Below, piece by piece: positions 1 through 8,200 of a DNA stretch of 26,732 bases (position 1 is the stretch's first letter; every line of letters starts with the position of its first letter). The notes beneath the pieces were generated by a model, which saw nothing but the letters and a program-made list of their open reading frames with translations, was not told the DNA's origin and searched no databases. This stretch comes from an uncultured Pirellulales bacterium (GTDB taxonomy: Bacteria; Planctomycetota; Phycisphaerae; Sedimentisphaerales; Anaerobacaceae): contig CAZUPG010000001.1 of assembly GCA_964622085.1 (NCBI GenBank), forward strand, positions 6,478 through 33,209. Reading direction: 5' to 3'. A program made the translations under genes and the position numbers.

Positions 1-2
1 CT

Positions 3-629
3 ATCCTGGTATCGGTCTTTTTTTCGATGATAACACCATTTGCTATTAATTCCAGGCAGGTCTCTGTATTGGAAGCGATATTGTTGATAAGCAATGAAGC
101 CCTCTACGGTTTAGCTTTGGGATTAATTGTTGTTCTTATATTTACTGCAGTCAAATTCAGTGGGCGGATTATCGAACGGCAGATGGGCCTGGCTATGGCC
201 CAGGTTCTGGACCCATTGACAGGTGAAAGATCTCAGCCGCTTGGTATGCTTATGGAGATGATATTTATAATTTTGCTCTTTAGCGCCAATGGCCACCATT
301 TATTTTTGTTAATTATCTCGCGAAGCTACGAGACATTCCCGGCCGGCAGTATCCCAACGATACCGATTTTAGCCGGTGGAATAATTAAAGCCGGTTCAAC
401 ACTATTAATGGCCGGCCTAAGATTAGCCGCACCGATACTGGCAGCTTTTCTGTTGCTGATGGTTGTGTTAGCTGTGTTAGCACGCATAGTTCCGGAAATG
501 AATATTCTATTTATCAGTTTGACATTGCGTGTAGGCCTGGGATTGTTAATGGCAGGGATGTTTTTGCCATTTATTGGCGGGTTTGTGGCTGAATTCGCTG
601 ATTGGATGGGTAAACTTCTGCCTCTGTGA
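3..629 (+). CDS. fliR: Flagellar biosynthesis protein FliR, 5'-truncated by the window edge
   Basis: Hydrophobic multi-TM protein with the FliR motifs 'GRIIERQMGLAMAQVLDP', 'LLFSANGHHLF' and 'VLARIVPEMNILFISLTLRVGLG'. The frame is open back to position 3 (ILVSVFFSM...), so the ATG at 27 is probably internal. Lies directly upstream of flhB. Confidence 0.95.
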   Translation: MLVSVFFSMITPFAINSRQVSVLEAILLISNEALYGLALGLIVVLIFTAVKFSGRIIERQMGLAMAQVLDPLTGERSQPLGMLMEMIFIILLFSANGHHLFLLIISRSYETFPAGSIPTIPILAGGIIKAGSTLLMAGLRLAAPILAAFLLLMVVLAVLARIVPEMNILFISLTLRVGLGLLMAGMFLPFIGGFVAEFADWMGKLLPL

Positions 630-722
630 GAACTAAAAACTTAAAGCGAAAAGTGCAAAATTAAGGAAGTCGTCAGCCAAAGGCTGACTCCACAGTTTTT
701 ACTTTTAACTTTTACATTTCCT
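630..722. repeat. Intergenic imperfect inverted repeat: A-rich ~7-mer array, GC hairpin, T-rich ~7-mer array
   Basis: Hairpin GTCAGCC-AAA-GGCTGAC at 672-688. Left flank TAAAAAC TTAAAGC GAAAAGT GCAAAAT; right flank TTTTTAC TTTTAAC TTTTACA. Confidence 0.6.
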
Positions 723-735
723 TGAAGGACGGATT

Positions 736-1800
736 ATGGCAGATAAGCCGGCCGCCGAAAAGACAGAACAGCCAACACCGAAGAAATTGTCGAAGGCCAA
801 AGAGAAAGGGCAGTCGCCGCAGAGCCAGGAGCTGATGTCGTTTGTGTCAATTCTGGTTCTGGTAACGATGACAGCTTTGATGGCACCGTCTCTAATGCGA
901 TGGTTCACTGTGCTGATAAAGCAGGCAATGGCGTGCGATAATGCTGTTTTTGCCGACAGCAAGGCCTTTATAAATTTCATAAACATGAAAATTGTTGACT
1001 TGATACTCGTTGTCTGCCCTATTTTTGCAGCCCTTTCTGTGGGGTCTGTCCTTGCCGGTGTTGCTGTCAGCGGCCTGAATTTCTCACCAAAAGCTGTAAG
1101 ATTGAAATTCAATTCGATAAATCCGGCGTCAGGATTAGCAAAGCTGGTAAATACCCACTCTATAGTACGCCTTTTAACATCCATATTAAAATTGTTTTTT
1201 GTTTCAATCATCGTCTGGCTGTATCTTCAGAGCAAAATCGATACGCTTGCGACCCTTCGATGGGCATGGTCTGTACAGATACTTGCAGTTATCGCAAAGA
1301 TAATATTAGGATTGATGATACGTGTTTGCATCGCACTGTTGGTTATAGCCCTTGCCGATGTTTTTTACCAAAAATGGCAGTACACCAAGGACCTGAAGAT
1401 GACAAAGCAGGAAGTAAAAGAAGAGCGCAAGCAGACAGAAGGCTCGCCGGAAGTCAAAAGTCGAATCCGAAGAATTCAGTTCGAGATGGCCGCCAGGCGT
1501 ATGCTGCAGGAAGTGCCCAAGGCCAATGTGGTTCTTGTCAACCCAACACATGTAGCTGTTGCACTGCGTTACGAGGCCAAGACGATGGAAGCGCCTGTTA
1601 TGGTGGCTAAAGGAGCAGACCATTTGGCAGAGAAAATCAAAGAAATCGCGCGAGCTTATGGGGTGCCTATCGTAAGAAAGCCGGAATTGGCCAGAACAAT
1701 ATACTCAACGCTGGAGCCCGGCAGTGCTATACCTGATACATTGTACGTGGCTGTAGCAGAGGTGCTGGCTATGATATATCGGCTGCGGTATAGAAAATAA
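736..1800 (+). CDS. flhB: Flagellar export switch protein FlhB
   Basis: N-terminal 'EKTEQPTPKKLSKAKEKGQ', TM region, 'KMTKQEVKEERKQTEGSPEVK' and the autocleavage motif NPTH. AAGGA RBS upstream of the ATG. Confidence 0.98.
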   Translation: MADKPAAEKTEQPTPKKLSKAKEKGQSPQSQELMSFVSILVLVTMTALMAPSLMRWFTVLIKQAMACDNAVFADSKAFINFINMKIVDLILVVCPIFAALSVGSVLAGVAVSGLNFSPKAVRLKFNSINPASGLAKLVNTHSIVRLLTSILKLFFVSIIVWLYLQSKIDTLATLRWAWSVQILAVIAKIILGLMIRVCIALLVIALADVFYQKWQYTKDLKMTKQEVKEERKQTEGSPEVKSRIRRIQFEMAARRMLQEVPKANVVLVNPTHVAVALRYEAKTMEAPVMVAKGADHLAEKIKEIARAYGVPIVRKPELARTIYSTLEPGSAIPDTLYVAVAEVLAMIYRLRYRK

Positions 1801-1812
1801 ATGACTTCGCTT

Positions 1813-4182
1813 TTATGCCGTAGTGCCAAGACCCAAGATATTCATTTGTTGCTGTAGCAAGGCTAAGGTTCTCTCAAGACGAGCAAAGCGAGCCACCAGT
1901 CTGGCTTCTTTTTTAGTCAGGCGGTATTCTTCGAGCTCAATTTTGTCCTGGATTCCTTTTATTTGGTCGTCCACGTGTTCCTGGTCGATCTGGATAGAGC
2001 CGGTTGTTACCTTGAGCATTTTAGCCAAAGCATCTTCAATTGCACCGGTAAAGCCCTGCTTGACCCTGACTGTGGCGTATATGGTGCTGCTCGGCGTCCC
2101 TGTGATAGAAGCGGTAAGCTGGAGAGCATTTTCGGGCTGCTCTGGGTCACCATTGTCATCGAAAGTACTGTCTCCGGTAATGACATTGCCATCAATGGTT
2201 GCCTCGCGATACTGGGAATCATCCTCGCTTGAGAGTCTTATCCACGCTTTGTAGATGTCGCCATTCGCATCATACTCAACCTTAACCTTATAGCTGCCGG
2301 CGGTTGTATAATCGCTGCTGGCACTGTAGAACTCGATGGCATTGCTGTCGCTGCTGCCCGTTTTATCCGCCCCGATTACGGCAAGCACGCCCATATAGTC
2401 TTCGGCTATTGCTTCATCAAAGACGTTCGTGTCCAGATTCAATAACCCGTTCCTGTCAATCTCAAGGCCTATCTGGCCGGGCATCAGGAAGGTGTCGATA
2501 TCCTCTATGAATCCACTGGTCTGGGCGATAAGCGGTGTGCGAAGCCGGTCCCTTATGGTTGAAATAACGTAATCTCCCATTAACACACCGGCAGTCTTTA
2601 AGACATCATTATAGCCGGTCTTTTTCCGAATATAGGTAACGGCGAGATTGTAGGCGTCAATCATAGAGGTTAGTTTGTCTTTGACCGATGCAATATCTCT
2701 GGTTAGAGTTATCTCCTGCCCGTTCGAATCTGTCGTATCGTGCAGGTGCAATGTTACGCCACTTAAACAATCGTCTATCGTGTTGGAGCTTCTGCTGATG
2801 TAACCGTCACTTCCTTTTGTCGTTTCTGAAATACTTGCAGTTAGAGGACTTCCGCCGTTCGTCAAAAGAGAGCCGTCAATCATAATCAGGTCAACATCGC
2901 CTAATGTATTTGCAAAGGTAAAAGTCATTCCATCACTGAGAGGTCCTGACACTGATATGTCATCGGTATTAACAGTTGTCAACGCTTCAAGCGCAGCCTT
3001 AATGGTAGCGGCATCATCATTATAGTTAAGGGCGGTAGTTGTTTCGCCGCGGTAAGTGAGGGTGTATGTACCGTTGTCAGGGTAATTGCTAAGTGATACT
3101 GTTTGGACTTCGGAAACCGCTGACGTTGAAGGAAAGCCATCTACCTTGATTTTCGAGTCCTGAGCTGATTGTGTTTCGGTGAAATCCGCTGCTGCAAAAC
3201 CTGTAAGGTCCGCTGTTACGCTGCCACCCTCTGTTGACTGACTAATAGCAGGGATATCCAGATCTGTTGAGCCTGAGCCGGCATCGTAAGTTAGAGTAAG
3301 TTTCATCTTGCTTGTGCCGCAGGTACTATCTGCGAGGTGTATTTCACCATTGACTAATGTTGCAACAGCCCGGCCGTCAAACGCATCGTTGATTTCTGAG
3401 ATGAGGTGAGTCAGCTTGGTATTGCTTGTAACGCTAAACTGACCGCTTATAACGTTGCCGTTGTGGTCTTCACCACCGATGATTATTTTTTCACCACTGA
3501 CAAGCTCCCCGGTAAATTGGTCAAGCTCGGTAATCCTAGAGCTGAGCGTGGCATTGTCGTTGCTGACGGTAAAAGCTGATTGGGCCTGCAATACCTCGGT
3601 ATTGCTCGCATTGACGGAGATTTCATAATCAGAGCCGGCATCATTGCCGTTCAACACAAGATGATACATACCGTTATAATAAAGCAGGCCTGCGGTAACG
3701 CCGGGATTGTTCGCATCATTATTGATTAAGCCAACCAGGTCTTCCAGCGTTGTTGCATCGGTAGTCGTTATAGCTGTCTCCTGATGGTTATATGAGTAAA
3801 TAAAGGTGCCGGCTTCTACGTAATCCTCGGTGTATTCCTTACCGTTTGTATGGACCCAGCGTTCGGCATTAGCCAACTGGTTGATTACAACTGTGTGATT
3901 TCCTTCAAAAGCGTTATATGATGCTTCAGCGGTCAATATGTCGCTGTCACTTGAAGCGGTTGCAAAAGCACGAAGCTCATCGGCATCGGAAAGGAGTCTA
4001 ACAGCGCTTCGCAACGCATCGAGTTTGGTCTCGAGAGTGCTCAGAGCGTCTTTTCTCTCGTCCCACACACTTTTGCGTTCTTCGTACATATTGAGCGTAC
4101 GGCGCTCGATTGCCATCATTTGAGCGATGAGTGTGGTTGTATCAATACCTGTTAAAAGACCTGGAAAACGTAATTCTGACAC
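1813..4182 (-). CDS. fliD: Flagellar filament cap protein FliD (HAP2), enlarged to 789 aa with inserted domains
   Basis: FliD N-terminus 'GLLTGIDTTTLIAQMMAIERR'; 'AQDSKIKVDG' and 'SRSSNTIDDCLSGVTLHL'; C-terminal coiled coil 'LVARFARLERTLALLQQQ'. GTG start with an AAGGA RBS. Confidence 0.95.
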   Translation of the reverse strand: MSELRFPGLLTGIDTTTLIAQMMAIERRTLNMYEERKSVWDERKDALSTLETKLDALRSAVRLLSDADELRAFATASSDSDILTAEASYNAFEGNHTVVINQLANAERWVHTNGKEYTEDYVEAGTFIYSYNHQETAITTTDATTLEDLVGLINNDANNPGVTAGLLYYNGMYHLVLNGNDAGSDYEISVNASNTEVLQAQSAFTVSNDNATLSSRITELDQFTGELVSGEKIIIGGEDHNGNVISGQFSVTSNTKLTHLISEINDAFDGRAVATLVNGEIHLADSTCGTSKMKLTLTYDAGSGSTDLDIPAISQSTEGGSVTADLTGFAAADFTETQSAQDSKIKVDGFPSTSAVSEVQTVSLSNYPDNGTYTLTYRGETTTALNYNDDAATIKAALEALTTVNTDDISVSGPLSDGMTFTFANTLGDVDLIMIDGSLLTNGGSPLTASISETTKGSDGYISRSSNTIDDCLSGVTLHLHDTTDSNGQEITLTRDIASVKDKLTSMIDAYNLAVTYIRKKTGYNDVLKTAGVLMGDYVISTIRDRLRTPLIAQTSGFIEDIDTFLMPGQIGLEIDRNGLLNLDTNVFDEAIAEDYMGVLAVIGADKTGSSDSNAIEFYSASSDYTTAGSYKVKVEYDANGDIYKAWIRLSSEDDSQYREATIDGNVITGDSTFDDNGDPEQPENALQLTASITGTPSSTIYATVRVKQGFTGAIEDALAKMLKVTTGSIQIDQEHVDDQIKGIQDKIELEEYRLTKKEARLVARFARLERTLALLQQQMNILGLGTTA

Positions 4183-4245
4183 TTTTATTTCCTTGTTGTC
4201 TAAATTTTCACATTCTCACAAAAACCTATAAGCACGGTTAACCTA

Positions 4246-4272
4246 TTATCGTTGAAAAACGCTTTTTGTTTA
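4246..4272 (-). promoter_or_regulatory. Putative sigma-28 (FliA) promoter of fliD
   Basis: The - strand reads TAAA-caaaaagcgtttttc (15 nt)-AACGATAA, against the established consensus TAAA-N15-GCCGATAA. It lies 64 nt upstream of the fliD start; fliD is a typical sigma-28 target. Confidence 0.7.
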
Positions 4273-4273
4273 A

Positions 4274-5221
4274 TCAAAGTATCTCTACGAGCCGGATATC
4301 AAAGGTCAGGTCTTTTCCTGCCAGAGGATGGTTGGCCTCCAATGTTACGCTCGATTCGGAGACATCGGCCACCACGACCTTAATTACTCTGCCGTCCGGC
4401 TGATGGTCTTGTAACTGCTGGCCCACCTCCGGCTTCAAGTGCTTCGGAAACTGGTCTCGACCTATTATCTGTGTCATTTCTTTACGGTGCGGGCCATACG
4501 CATTGTCTGCCGGTATTTTGGCGGTCTTAGATTCACCCACACTCATCCCGACCAAAGCATGTTCGAAGCCCGGGATTACCTGACCCTTACCTATCGTCAA
4601 CTGCAGAGGGGCACGGTTAACGGATGTATCGAATATCGTGCCATCTTCCAGTTTGCCGGTGTAGTGCACCCCAACAGTATCACCATATTTTGCCTGCAAC
4701 ATCGAGGACATTTCTAATAAATAAGCGTTATCAAATTGAAGGACCTCTCCCCATTTGCTCAATGTTTCTTTCGGCCAGGCAGAAATATGTTTTTCGTATT
4801 CGTTATTGTACAATGCCTCTTGCTGCAATACCCTTACCGGGGTTACTATCATAGCGAACCTGGATTTTTCTTTTATTAGATTTAATAAAAAGAGCCCGTC
4901 CTTTTCGCTGAGATGTTCCAATACATCACTGCAAATTATCATATCATAGTCACCCAGCGTGGGCAGGATATCTACTGCATTGCCAATATAAATGTTGTCA
5001 TAAATTTCCCGCTGTAATTGCCCTATATATTTTTCAAAAATTTCTATTCCGTCTATTCTGGTTTCAGGATTGAAATATCTGCCAAGCCGAACATCCGTAT
5101 ATTCTCTTGCAAGGAATCCGAACTTGCCAAACCCAATTCCTATATCAAGAACCGATACAGGATTTTTTTCAATTATCCTGTTACACACAGGGGCTAAAGC
5201 AGATGGTCTTGAGCACGGCAT
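4274..5221 (-). CDS. Class I SAM methyltransferase fused to an FKBP-type peptidyl-prolyl isomerase (SlpA/SlyD-like, insert-in-flap type)
   Basis: N-terminal part: 'VLDIGIGFGKFG' (SAM motif I), 'IDGIEIF', 'DVLEH'. C-terminal 142 aa from the ATG at 4702: 'GDTVGVHYTGKLEDGTIFDTS', 'IPGFEHALVGM', 'AYG', 'NHPLAGKDLTF'. No His-rich tail. RBS AAGGTG upstream of 5221. Confidence 0.9.
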   Translation of the reverse strand: MPCSRPSALAPVCNRIIEKNPVSVLDIGIGFGKFGFLAREYTDVRLGRYFNPETRIDGIEIFEKYIGQLQREIYDNIYIGNAVDILPTLGDYDMIICSDVLEHLSEKDGLFLLNLIKEKSRFAMIVTPVRVLQQEALYNNEYEKHISAWPKETLSKWGEVLQFDNAYLLEMSSMLQAKYGDTVGVHYTGKLEDGTIFDTSVNRAPLQLTIGKGQVIPGFEHALVGMSVGESKTAKIPADNAYGPHRKEMTQIIGRDQFPKHLKPEVGQQLQDHQPDGRVIKVVVADVSESSVTLEANHPLAGKDLTFDIRLVEIL

Positions 5222-5251
5222 ACACTTTCACCTTTCGAATCTTATGCTTAA

Positions 5252-5264
5252 CCGCCTTCGGCGG
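5252..5264. repeat. Small GC hairpin CCGCC-TTC-GGCGG
   Basis: 5-bp stem in the 66-bp gap between the mega-ORF and the MT-FKBP gene. No U-tract follows, so it is not a clear terminator. Confidence 0.35.
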
Positions 5265-5287
5265 AACCCCCAGGATAAACTTGGTGG

Positions 5288-8200
5288 CTAAACGGCTTGC
5301 AGTATTTTCTCATCATATTTTTGCCTGCCAAGCTCGCACTTTTGCAATAGCTGCCGGACCCGCTGGTTATTCGGGTCTATTTCGAGGCAGTCATTTAGCT
5401 CTGAACAGGCCTGCTCGAAAGCCATTTTGGCATAGACAGGCGACAAATTCGATTTTATATGCTCCTGGCCTATTGCAAGATAAGTCAGAGCAATCAAGCA
5501 TTTAGCATGCAATTGCCTCATATCAGGAGGTATCTTATCCCATGCAACGTCTGGAAACAGCTCATCGCAGCTGAAAGTATCCGTAAACCGCTTGAGAACC
5601 TCAAAATGGCTCCTGACTTTATCAGGATTTATAGTCCTCGACAGACTTTCCGGGTGCATTCGCCTCAGATGCAAGGCCTGCCGTAAATGGTGTTCCTTCA
5701 GGCCTGCCTTTACGAAACGTCTCATCATATCATAGTCCATACCCACTATTAGTTTTTCATCGTAAAGGCCTATCTTGTCGTAAACGCTCCTTCTTATGCC
5801 AAGTCTAAACGGTACTATCGGATGCCCGTGTCGGAACAGGTCTCTAATCAGATGCCTTCGGTCCTGATACTCGGGCTTATCCATTACCTTTATCGGCTCA
5901 CCGTCAGCATCAATCAGCAAGACATCGCAATATACAAGGTCGGCCTCGGGATGTTTCTCAAATTCCGCCAGGTGCTTGGCAATAAAGCCCTGTGTCATCA
6001 CATCATCTGCATCGAGAGGCATAATATATTGCCCTTTGGCCCGCCTTACGGCATGGTTTAGGGCATTGGACATGCCGCCGTTTTCCTGGTAGAAATATCC
6101 AATTCTTCCATCGTCATAACATGAAATCACCTTACTGGTATTGTCCGTAGAGCCATCGTCGATGATTATAAGTTCAAATTCTGGATAGTCTTGAATCAGG
6201 ACACTTTTTATTGCCTCGCCGATATACTCAGCGCCATTGTAAACAGGCATTATTATGCTAACCGGCGGGCCGCTCGTGCTGTCCTGATGCAAAGAGAGGA
6301 CAGAAGACAGAGGATGGTGATGGATGAGGGACGAAGGACGAGAGACGAGAGACGAAGTGGCTTCTGACATCTGATTTCCGACATCTGACCCTTCGACTGC
6401 GCTCAGGGCAGGCTTCTGACTTTGTTGGGAGACGGGGTTAACTGCTGAACCCGCAGCAGTAGCACGGCCATCCTGGCCGTGCTTGCACGGGCTGGAAGCC
6501 CGTGCTACGAGAGCATCAATTTCTCCGAGCATCTGAAGTACCTGGGCATCTTCGCCAACATTTGCCAAATAATTTAAGAGAAGTGTTTTGGCTTGCCTGT
6601 ATTTGCCGGATGCTTTCAATATCGCATAGCAATTAGTGATAGTATTCCTGTCCCACGGATTGAATTTGTATGCCTTAGTAAAGTATCTAAAAGCATTTTT
6701 TGTATCTCCGGCCTCCATCGCCATCAGCCCGTAATCATTCAGTGCCTTGACGTGGTTGGGAAATTTTTCCAGCAGCTCTTCGATTTGCGCATTAGCTTTT
6801 AGCACATTTGCCTGCAACAACAGTACATCCGGATGATTCGGGTATTTCTGCAATAACTGTTCGCATTCAAGGTCAGCCTGTCCGGTATCATTATTTTCGA
6901 GCAACTTCTCTATAGTATTAACTTCTCTGGCAATATTGATTCTGTCCCACAGTTTCGAAATATATTCCGGAGCTTTGTCTGTGCTGAAATTTTCTCGTAC
7001 AAAATCAACCGCTCTGTGGCGGATAGACGGGTCGGCGTCGACCATCTTCAAGCCGGCGATTATTGTCTCTGCCAGTTTTTCAGGCGTATTAGGTAAATAT
7101 AACAGGCCTGTCCGCCCATCAGCTAAGGTGGCAGCCGTACCTCCGGCATCATGCGCAGCGGGGATACACCCGCATGCCTGTGATTCCAGGATTACCATCG
7201 GGAAAGTTTCAAGCTTTGAGGGCAGGACAAGCAGGCTGTGCTTTGAATAGATTTCCGGCATATCTTTATTGTTAACATAGCCATGAAAATATGTACCTTC
7301 CGGTTTTGTGCTCTTGAGATTATCTCCATAGGCATCTCCACCGCGCCACATCGAACCATCCCCATAAATGTGCAACTCGGCATCACTTATCTGCCGGCGG
7401 ACTAATCGGAAAGCGTCCATAAGAATGTGAACACATTTATGAGGATGTAATGCACCCGCATACATTATAGAGTGATTGTCCCTTTCGACATCTTTCGGCG
7501 AATACACATCTGTATCAATAGGGTTGGGAATAATCAGGAACTTTTCATTTCCGATGCCGTGATTATGCAGTGAGGCCCTGTGTAACTCCGATAGACAAAC
7601 CACTATGTCGAAGTCGCTCATATGTGACAACGATACGAGGTCGTCAGCCTGCCAACAGTGCTGCCACAGTATCCAAATCTGTCCCTGAGGCTTAGTCAAA
7701 CCTTTGAAGTGGCGAATGTGCGTTGCGAAAAACACCACATCATAATTTGCAAGGAACTGCTCTCTTTCGCTAATCTGCGGTAACGGAACAAAGTGCAAAG
7801 ATTCATACTGCTCCGGATGAGTTACAAGATTGCCGGTTATGTGAGCTTCTATGCCGTGGCTGTCGCGAAGCATTCTTGCGACGTTCAGTACAGCCATTAC
7901 CGTCCCTGCAGGACTGGTTTCACTGATGTTGCCTATTCTGTCATAATAGAACAGTATCTTTTGTTGACCGACACGTGGCGGCAACATATCCGGTACCCGA
8001 TCAAAATCAGGTCTGATGCTTAAGAGCTTCTCCAAACTGCTACGTGCTCCAACAAGGTCACCCTCGCTTTTCTGTAACATCATCAGAGCAAAAAGTCCCT
8101 GCCAGTCATCTTTTTTCGCTTTCTCCACCGCTGCCTTGTAATCCTCAAATGCCTCACTGACCTGACCCCGACGCCTCCGTATTAGTCCACGCCAGAAGTA

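Noticed and set aside
4187-4197. ACAAGGA overlapping the fliD RBS as a CsrA site
   Set aside because: It is a single GGA indistinguishable from a normal Shine-Dalgarno sequence, and there is no csrA/fliW in the window.
6294-6420. Tandem repeats as a possible CRISPR array
   Set aside because: Units are 7 nt, degenerate and lack unique spacers; no cas genes are present.
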